A stretch of 64,000 nt of DNA from a virus (taxonomy: Duplodnaviria > Caudoviricetes): positions 32,001 through 96,000 of IMG/VR virus record IMGVR_UViG_2706796498_000001. The stretch is one strand, 5' to 3'. Under the pieces are notes generated by a model. The model worked only from the letters and a program-made list of their open reading frames with translations. It was not told the origin of the DNA and searched no databases. The translations under genes were made by a program, and so were the position numbers. Of the stretch, positions 57,709 through 64,000 are shown piece by piece. Each line of letters starts with the position of its first letter. The stretch's first letter is position 1.

Positions 57709-58236
57709 ATGGATAATAAATATGAATTAACAGATAACATTAAAGTAGTAGATGGTCATACCCTACATCAAATTAAAGCGTTAAAATCTTTTGGTAATGT
57801 AAAGAAAGGAGATCTAGGGGGCTGGATTGAAGATTATCGTAATCTATCCCAATCAGGTAACTCTTGGGTATATGATAATGCACAGGTTTTTGATTATGCC
57901 TTTGTTTGTGGTAATGCTTCGATTGAGGACCATGCTTCAATTGAGAGTGATGCTAGTGTTTTCTCTAATGCAAAAGTTTTTGGTAAAGCCGTGATTGATG
58001 ATCGTGCACAGGTTTTTGGTAATGCAAAAGTTTTTGATAATGCTTGGGTATATAATAACGCCCAGGTTTATGGTAACGCCCAAGTATCTGGTGACGCCGA
58101 AGTTTTTGATAATGCTAAGGTATATGATTATTCCGCAGTTTTAGGTAATTCATTGATTGCTGGTAACAGCCATGTTCTTGGTGACGCTAGAGTTGATGGG
58201 AACCTTTTGATTCAGGGGGGATCTACCATTTCCTAA
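57709..58236 (+). CDS. Hexapeptide-repeat beta-helix protein, paralog 1
   Basis: KYELTD...QIKALKSFG.VKKGDLGGWIE...NLSQ head plus (V-Y/F-G/D-N-A-x)n repeats. Confidence 0.8.
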   Translation: MDNKYELTDNIKVVDGHTLHQIKALKSFGNVKKGDLGGWIEDYRNLSQSGNSWVYDNAQVFDYAFVCGNASIEDHASIESDASVFSNAKVFGKAVIDDRAQVFGNAKVFDNAWVYNNAQVYGNAQVSGDAEVFDNAKVYDYSAVLGNSLIAGNSHVLGDARVDGNLLIQGGSTIS

Positions 58237-58266
58237 TGGTTGGTTTTTATAGGAGAATCATAGTTT

Positions 58267-58473
58267 ATGAAACTATATAAGGTAGTTAAAAAGAATATAC
58301 CAGTAGAAGCATACCAAACAGAAAAGCCACTTGATATTCATACCCTTGAAGGGGTAATGCACGCAAATGCAGGGGACTGGATTATTACCGGAGTAGAAGG
58401 TGAACAGTGGCCAGTAAAGAAAGATATATTTAAAAAAACATACACCATCCTTTCGGAATTTCCGAATAGTTGA
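58267..58473 (+). CDS. Small conserved phage protein (PGDYG-like)
   Basis: KK.IPVEAYQ...TLEG...GDWIITGVEGEQWPVKKDIFKKTY. Confidence 0.7.
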   Translation: MKLYKVVKKNIPVEAYQTEKPLDIHTLEGVMHANAGDWIITGVEGEQWPVKKDIFKKTYTILSEFPNS

Positions 58474-58532
58474 CCTCCTGGTACGCTAGTGGCGGGATAT
58501 TAAATGCTATGATTAAAGAAAAGGAGATTCTT

Positions 58533-59150
58533 ATGAATAATAAATATGAATTAACAGATAACACTAAGCTACTGGAAGGCCATACCCTTCATCGAATTAA
58601 GGCTTTAAAAGACTTTAGTAATGTAAAGAAGGGAGATCTAGGTGGTTGGATTGAAGATTACTCTAACCTATCCCAATTAGATAACGCATGGGTCTATGAT
58701 GACGCTAAAGTTTTAGGTAATGCCTTGATTTATGGTAATGCAATTGTCTATAATAATGCTATGGTTTATGGTAACGCTAAAGTTTTAGGTGACGCCATGG
58801 TTGAGGACTATGCACAGATTTTAGGTAATGCCTGGGTTTATGGTAATACTTATGTATATAATAATGCTATGGTTTATGGTAACGCACATATCTATGGTGA
58901 TACCCAAGTGTTTGATAATGCCAAGGTCTATGGTAATGCCCGGGTTTATGATAATGCTTATGTATATAATAATGCTATGGTTTATGGTGATGTGCAAGTT
59001 TATGGTGGATCCTATGTATATGGTTACACTAGAGTTTGTGGCCATATCCAGATTTATGGTGACGCTAGAGTTGGCGGAGGCCTTTGGATTAACGGTAGCG
59101 CTGAAATTGGTGGAAGCCTTCGTGTTGATGGGAGTGCTGTAACTGACTAA
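58533..59150 (+). CDS. Hexapeptide-repeat beta-helix protein, paralog 2
   Basis: Same head domain; RBS AAGGAG before ATG 58533. Confidence 0.8.
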   Translation: MNNKYELTDNTKLLEGHTLHRIKALKDFSNVKKGDLGGWIEDYSNLSQLDNAWVYDDAKVLGNALIYGNAIVYNNAMVYGNAKVLGDAMVEDYAQILGNAWVYGNTYVYNNAMVYGNAHIYGDTQVFDNAKVYGNARVYDNAYVYNNAMVYGDVQVYGGSYVYGYTRVCGHIQIYGDARVGGGLWINGSAEIGGSLRVDGSAVTD

Positions 59151-59168
59151 CAGTTAGGGGGGTATCAA

Positions 59169-59624
59169 ATGGATAATAAATATGAATTAACAGATAATAC
59201 TAAGGAAGTGGAAGGCCATGTCCTTCATCAAATTAAGGCTTTAAAGTCCTTTGGTGACGTTAAGAAGGGCGATTTAGGTGGCTGGGTTGAAGATTATGAT
59301 AACCTATCACAATATGGTAGTGCCTGGGTCTATGGTGATGCAATGGTTGGTGATGACGCAAGGATTGAAGATCATGCACGGGTTTATGATAATGCCCGGG
59401 TATATGATAACGCATGGGTCTATGATCACACTAAGGTTTTAGATAATGCGAAAGTTTATGATAATGCTTGTATCTATGATCATGCTAGAGTATTAGATAA
59501 TGCCCAAGTTGGTGGTAATGCTAAGGTTCATGATGACGCTCAAGTTTTTGGTCAAAGTCAGGTTATGGGTGACGCTAACGTTGGTGGAGACCTTTGGATT
59601 AACGGTAGCGCTTTAGTTTGCTAA
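59169..59624 (+). CDS. Hexapeptide-repeat beta-helix protein, paralog 3
   Basis: Same head domain and repeats. Confidence 0.8.
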   Translation: MDNKYELTDNTKEVEGHVLHQIKALKSFGDVKKGDLGGWVEDYDNLSQYGSAWVYGDAMVGDDARIEDHARVYDNARVYDNAWVYDHTKVLDNAKVYDNACIYDHARVLDNAQVGGNAKVHDDAQVFGQSQVMGDANVGGDLWINGSALVC

Positions 59625-59642
59625 TAGCTAGGAGGTTAAAAA

Positions 59643-60902
59643 ATGGAAGTACAAGATATTTTAGGACAACTCAACGGTAGCGACAACCTAGTTACTTATG
59701 GTAGCACTAGCATGGGTGAAATTAACGACTGGTTGCCAACGTTAATGCCTCGGTTTGATTACAACTTAGTTGGTGGTTTCCCTGCTAGTGGTCGGGTGTC
59801 CGAAGTAGCAGGTAAGAGTAGCGCAGGTAAGTCTAGTTTGATGGGTCTTATGATTAAGAACCTTCAAAAGATGGGCGGAATTACGATTTACTATGACGTT
59901 GAAGGGACACAAGACGCTAGTCGGTTAGAGGAACTGGGTGCTGACCCTAACCAAGTTTTAACCATGAAGCCAAAGCGACTTAAAGATGGTACCATGGAAG
60001 AACTATCAGTTGAATCTATTGGTAAAAGCATTGTTGAAACCCTTGCTAAGATTCACGAAGCTGATCCGAATCGGGTAGTTTTGTTTGTGTGGGACACCGT
60101 TGCAATGACCAATTCTTCCATGCAAGCAGAAGGTGAATTAGGGCAACAGTTGGTTGGGCAACAAGCTCGGGCCTTAGCGGTGGTAGGACGTAAGATTCAA
60201 GTTAATTTAATTGCTAATAACGGTATGTTAATTGCCCTTAACCAAGCACGTGATGATTTTAATGCCCCAAACCCACGCTATGCACAACTCAAGACAGTTG
60301 GTGGTAAGGGTTGGGAACACCTATTATCCACCCGTATCACATTACAGAAATCAGGTAATCTAAAGGCGAAGTCTACTGATACCAAGCCTATTGGTCAGAT
60401 TACTCGGGTTAAGGTAGTTAAGTCCAAGGTTGGTGAGAACTGGGGAAGCGACTTTCAGGCCGGTATTATTGGTAAGTGGGGTTATGATCTCGAATTAAAC
60501 CTAGTATTAGAGGGTCAAGACGCTGGAATTATCTCCACGGGTCGTTCAGTTAAGTATACTAATGAAGATGGCGAAGTCTTAATTGGTGGTCGGAATACGA
60601 TGGACTTAGTGGAGAAGCTCAAGGAACCTGAAAATCAAGCAATCCGTGATCGTCTATGGCAACAACTAATTAAGGACTTTTTCCCACAATGTTACCCACC
60701 TTTGTTTAACACGACCCTGATTATGTATGAAGATAAGTTCCCAATGATTAAGGGAATGCGTGAATACTATATCCACCAACAGCAGAAGTTAGAACCTAAG
60801 TACCAAGAATACAACTATAAGCACTTTATGAGTGAGTATAGCAAAGGTAACTTACCTGATCGATTGGCTAAGGAAGTGGGGGAAATTCTCAATGAACAAT
60901 AA
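59643..60902 (+). CDS. recA: RecA/UvsX-like recombinase
   Basis: GGFP.SGRVSEVAGKSSAGKS, YYDVEG, VWDTVA, GQQAR and LNQAR. Confidence 0.9.
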   Translation: MEVQDILGQLNGSDNLVTYGSTSMGEINDWLPTLMPRFDYNLVGGFPASGRVSEVAGKSSAGKSSLMGLMIKNLQKMGGITIYYDVEGTQDASRLEELGADPNQVLTMKPKRLKDGTMEELSVESIGKSIVETLAKIHEADPNRVVLFVWDTVAMTNSSMQAEGELGQQLVGQQARALAVVGRKIQVNLIANNGMLIALNQARDDFNAPNPRYAQLKTVGGKGWEHLLSTRITLQKSGNLKAKSTDTKPIGQITRVKVVKSKVGENWGSDFQAGIIGKWGYDLELNLVLEGQDAGIISTGRSVKYTNEDGEVLIGGRNTMDLVEKLKEPENQAIRDRLWQQLIKDFFPQCYPPLFNTTLIMYEDKFPMIKGMREYYIHQQQKLEPKYQEYNYKHFMSEYSKGNLPDRLAKEVGEILNEQ

Positions 60903-61254
60903 TCAAATTGTTGACGACTTACTCGCCTACCTCAAGTTATATGAACAGCCACAGCCAGAATCACGATTGGGGCCTCGTTTTACGGAGGACGTGTACCAAG
61001 AATATCGGGATAAGTTTGACAAGCATATTCAAAATGGTGATCGGGCTTTTATCTATCGTTCTAAAGCCAAGACCCCAAACTCAACTGCCGTGGTAACGTT
61101 TATTGAAACCTATCCTCGTTTTGCCCGTGGTTATGTAGTTAATAAGTTAAGTGGCGTCAAGATTCCATATACCCTAAACTTCTGTAACCTAATCACTAAA
61201 GATGTCTATAACCCAGAATCTTGTTGGTCAGACGGTTCTAGTCTTTGGGAATAG
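60892..61254 (+). CDS. Conserved hypothetical protein between recA and sigma factor
   Basis: Synteny; YPRFA.G...IPYTLNF motif. Confidence 0.65.
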   Translation: MNNNQIVDDLLAYLKLYEQPQPESRLGPRFTEDVYQEYRDKFDKHIQNGDRAFIYRSKAKTPNSTAVVTFIETYPRFARGYVVNKLSGVKIPYTLNFCNLITKDVYNPESCWSDGSSLWE

Positions 61255-61282
61255 TGTACAATTATAATAAATAAGTTGAAAT

Positions 61283-61311
61283 AGTCTTAGCATTATGCTA
61301 AGGCTTTTTTG
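61283..61311 (+). terminator. Intrinsic terminator
   Basis: AGTCTTAGCA-TTA-TGCTAAGGCT followed by a T-run. Confidence 0.75.
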
Positions 61312-61328
61312 TGTTAAAGGGGTAAATT

Positions 61329-62024
61329 ATGGTTAATAAAACTGGATATAATGATGATAAGAAGAATGTCTTTAACGAACTTAATGGTATCTACATTGGG
61401 TCTAAGGGTGATAAACTAACCTTTTTACGGGATCCCGAAAAGTTACTTAAAACCTATGATAACTTGATTAAGTCCTTGGGCCGTTTATATGGTGGAACAG
61501 AAACTAAGATGAGTTATACTGATCGCCAAGAATTATATGCTTATATCTCGGAAGTATTCATTGATCTAGTAAAAGAATACGATATGGAGAACGATGTAGA
61601 CTTTCCGGGCTACATTTTAATGATGATGAAGATCCGCATTCGGGGTAGCTACCTAGAACACAAACACCGTTATGACCAACACATTACCCCGTTGAAGTCA
61701 GAAACTTTGACTGTGGAAGATTTAATCGACTATAACTATGATCAACCTAAACTGTCTTATGGTCAGTCTAAGAAGAAGAACAGTGTGATTAGTAAGATCA
61801 TTAGTATGGGTGATAATAATGAAATTGATGAATTTACCATTAACACGATTCGTATGATTAAAAACAATTCATCACACGTAGAACCCCTAGTTGAGATTGT
61901 ACTAATGGTAGGAGTAGAGGGATATTCATTAAGGGAAAGTCTGGAGTTCATTAAAAAAGAATATCATTTGAGTAACAAGGAAGTAAACGAGTATGTAGAG
62001 GAACTCAAAGGGTATCTAGAATAG
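61329..62024 (+). CDS. Phage RNA polymerase sigma factor
   Basis: RDPEKLL..YDNL and EL.AYISEVFIDLVKEYD....VDFPGYI motifs of Twort-like sigma factors. Confidence 0.8.
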   Translation: MVNKTGYNDDKKNVFNELNGIYIGSKGDKLTFLRDPEKLLKTYDNLIKSLGRLYGGTETKMSYTDRQELYAYISEVFIDLVKEYDMENDVDFPGYILMMMKIRIRGSYLEHKHRYDQHITPLKSETLTVEDLIDYNYDQPKLSYGQSKKKNSVISKIISMGDNNEIDEFTINTIRMIKNNSSHVEPLVEIVLMVGVEGYSLRESLEFIKKEYHLSNKEVNEYVEELKGYLE

Positions 62025-62042
62025 CTATTTCTATAAAAACTG

Positions 62043-62070
62043 TTGACAATCTACCTAGCCGTGTTATCAT
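62043..62070 (+). promoter_or_regulatory. Sigma-A-type promoter
   Basis: TTGACA-16 nt-TATCAT with an extended TG. Confidence 0.65.
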
Positions 62071-62105
62071 ATAGTTGTCGAAAGGATAAAAGAAAGGAGT
62101 TTCTT

Positions 62106-62489
62106 ATGAACAAGAAGTATGAATTAACGGATAACATTAAAGTAGTAGATGGTCATGTCCTTCATCAAATTAAGGCTTTAAGGTCTTTTGATGGCGTAAG
62201 GAAGGGTGAGCTAGGTGGTTGGATTGAAGGATATGACAATCTTTCTCAATCTGATACTGCTTGGGCTTATAATAATGCTAAAGTTTATGAAGATGCTCTA
62301 GTTTGTGATAAAGCTAAGGTTTATGGTAATGTTAAAGTTTATGGATTCGCTTGGGTTTGCGATAATGCTGTGGTTTATGGTAACGCTCATGTTTCTGGAT
62401 ATGCTGTAGTTTGTGATAATGCTACTATATATGGTTATAATAAGGTTTGTTGTGGCGTTTTTGGCTCGGGGGGTCGATGTGGTTTCTAA
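62106..62489 (+). CDS. Hexapeptide-repeat beta-helix protein, paralog 4
   Basis: Same head domain; RBS GAAAGGAG before ATG 62106. Confidence 0.8.
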   Translation: MNKKYELTDNIKVVDGHVLHQIKALRSFDGVRKGELGGWIEGYDNLSQSDTAWAYNNAKVYEDALVCDKAKVYGNVKVYGFAWVCDNAVVYGNAHVSGYAVVCDNATIYGYNKVCCGVFGSGGRCGF

Positions 62490-62509
62490 TGGTTGGGGGT
62501 ATTTAAAGA

Positions 62510-62866
62510 ATGTATAACAGTGAATATCGAATCTGGAGTGAAGAATATCAGGATTACACACCAACCTTTGTGGTGGCGCAAGATGGTACCATCTTAGACC
62601 CTAATAATCTAACCTTCATGGACGTAATTGGTCATGTAGGTAAAGACTTTAAAGTTGAATATAACTTACACCAGCAAGATAGCAAGGGTCATGATATATA
62701 CGATGGTGATTTAATCGAAAGTAATGGCGGGGACTTATACAAAGTTCATTTTGATAAAGAAAAGTTAGTTTACAAGATTGGTCAATTTACTTTTAATGAC
62801 CCCAAATTAGCTTTGATTAAGCCCTACACGATTGTTGGCAATATCCATCAGGGCTATATTAAATAG
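62510..62866 (+). CDS. YopX-family protein
   Basis: EYRIW, DSKG.DIYDGDLI and IVGNIHQ. Confidence 0.8.
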   Translation: MYNSEYRIWSEEYQDYTPTFVVAQDGTILDPNNLTFMDVIGHVGKDFKVEYNLHQQDSKGHDIYDGDLIESNGGDLYKVHFDKEKLVYKIGQFTFNDPKLALIKPYTIVGNIHQGYIK

Positions 62867-62885
62867 AAAGGGGGAAATAATTTAA

Positions 62886-63158
62886 ATGGCAAGTACATTA
62901 ATTTTGAATGCTTACGATCAGAATGGTCAACTGGTAGCACAAGGAAATCCGGGAGCTTCCTCGGTAACTCTAAAGGGGATTGCTTCTGTTGACGCAAGCA
63001 AGTATCAAGTAGCTTTTGAAGATGGCGATGGGCGTATGTCACCAAAGGTTGCTGTTGGGTCAACCGCTGTCACGGGTGCTAGTTCACCTACATCGGCTTC
63101 ATCGGCTACAAGCGGGTCTGCTTCTCCTACTTCTGGCAGTGGATCCTCCACTCATTAA
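62886..63158 (+). CDS. Small putative virion protein (Ig/FN3-like fragment) with Ser-rich tail
   Basis: TATATTA at 62855-62861; YQVAFEDG...SPKV; terminator at 63167-63198. Confidence 0.55.
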   Translation: MASTLILNAYDQNGQLVAQGNPGASSVTLKGIASVDASKYQVAFEDGDGRMSPKVAVGSTAVTGASSPTSASSATSGSASPTSGSGSSTH

Positions 63159-63249
63159 ATTCTTTAAGTCATATCCTAAATTGGGTATGGCTTTTTTATT
63201 GACCTCGTGGTATAATAATGATAATTCTTAGATAAATGCGAGGTTTATT

Positions 63250-64000
63250 ATGCAAAGCAAAGAAATTACTTGGGCTGTTTTAGGACATTTAGCCAATCAG
63301 TACCAGAATAGTGTTAGTCTTAGCTTAGTTAATTCTTACTTTAAGGACTATGGCTTAGACCAAGTTAATCAACAAGAATTAATGAAACTTGTTGGTGAAG
63401 TTAGTGTTAAGGATAGTGAAGCTAATAAGGTTTATCTACAATACAAGCTGGGTAAAGATCTAAACTCAATCTATCGAGATGATGTTACGAGTACCAATAC
63501 TTATAAGTATATTGGTAAGGATAATCACCCTCACCAAGTAACCTTAGAGGATCTAAAGAACATTGCTTTGATTGTCGATGAGTTACAACAAGCTAGTCCT
63601 AGCCATACGTTCTCATGGCGTAAGGTAGAAAAGTTAAGTGCTAAGCATGACTTGATCTTTTCAAGTAAGCAAGAGTTTAAGGACAAGGTATTGGCAGTCC
63701 TCGATGAGATGAAGGAACAACCGTCCGTTAAGAAAAGCCCGAAGCAAGCTCGTTTCTTGCAGGAGACCTTAACAGATGAATTAGGTATCTTAGCAACTCG
63801 TAAGCGGGCCTTACAGAATGACCAACGACACATTAACAAGGCTCGCCGGGTGTTATCTGATGTTGCCTTAACGAAGCAAGCCATCATTGAAGTGATGGCA
63901 GAACCCTTAATTATTAAGCAACCAAGTAAGGAAGATGTAGAAACCTATGACCAAGAAGATAGCACCTTGTTTGTATGTATTTCAGATGTTCATATGGGAG
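63250..64000 (+). CDS. Metallophosphoesterase-like protein, truncated by window end
   Basis: Open frame from ATG 63250 to the end; final residues LFVCISDVHMG (DxH motif); extended -10 TGGTATAAT at 63208-63216. Confidence 0.7.
   Translation, partial: MQSKEITWAVLGHLANQYQNSVSLSLVNSYFKDYGLDQVNQQELMKLVGEVSVKDSEANKVYLQYKLGKDLNSIYRDDVTSTNTYKYIGKDNHPHQVTLEDLKNIALIVDELQQASPSHTFSWRKVEKLSAKHDLIFSSKQEFKDKVLAVLDEMKEQPSVKKSPKQARFLQETLTDELGILATRKRALQNDQRHINKARRVLSDVALTKQAIIEVMAEPLIIKQPSKEDVETYDQEDSTLFVCISDVHMG

Noticed and set aside
57709-62489. Diversity-generating retroelement behind the paralog variability
   Set aside because: No reverse transcriptase in the window, and the differences are not adenine-specific.

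Overview
This window is about 64 kb of a lytic myovirus genome with Herelleviridae-type (A511/Twort/SPO1-related) genes. The host is probably a Lactobacillaceae species, inferred from the Apf-like LysM protein, the GH25-LysM endolysin and the LL-H-type holin. From left to right it contains: (1) a ~650-nt ORF-free, highly structured, pseudoknotted plus-strand RNA candidate of the GOLLD/ROOL 'large ornate RNA' type, followed by a repeat- and palindrome-rich noncoding stretch; (2) small early genes, a HIRAN protein and an Apf-like LysM protein; (3) the lysis cassette; (4) terminase, portal, major capsid protein, prohead protease and scaffold, in a rearranged order; (5) an inverted head-completion block; (6) tail chaperones with a likely +1 frameshift, tape measure, baseplate and chimeric fibre genes; (7) replication, recombination and transcription genes, including a DnaB-like helicase, an SbcC ATPase interrupted by an Ala-initiated class-3-like intein, primase, resolvase, SSB, RecA and a sigma factor, interleaved with four paralogous beta-helix genes. 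Sheath, tube, DNA polymerase and an SbcD gene next to sbcC were not recognised in the window. The most notable non-gene signals are the large ncRNA, two promoter-plus-terminator small-RNA units (one showing an anti-Shine-Dalgarno loop), a TATATTA late-promoter motif, and strong avoidance of GCWGC, GATGC/GCATC and CCWGG. All family assignments come from motif recognition and synteny. No database search was run.
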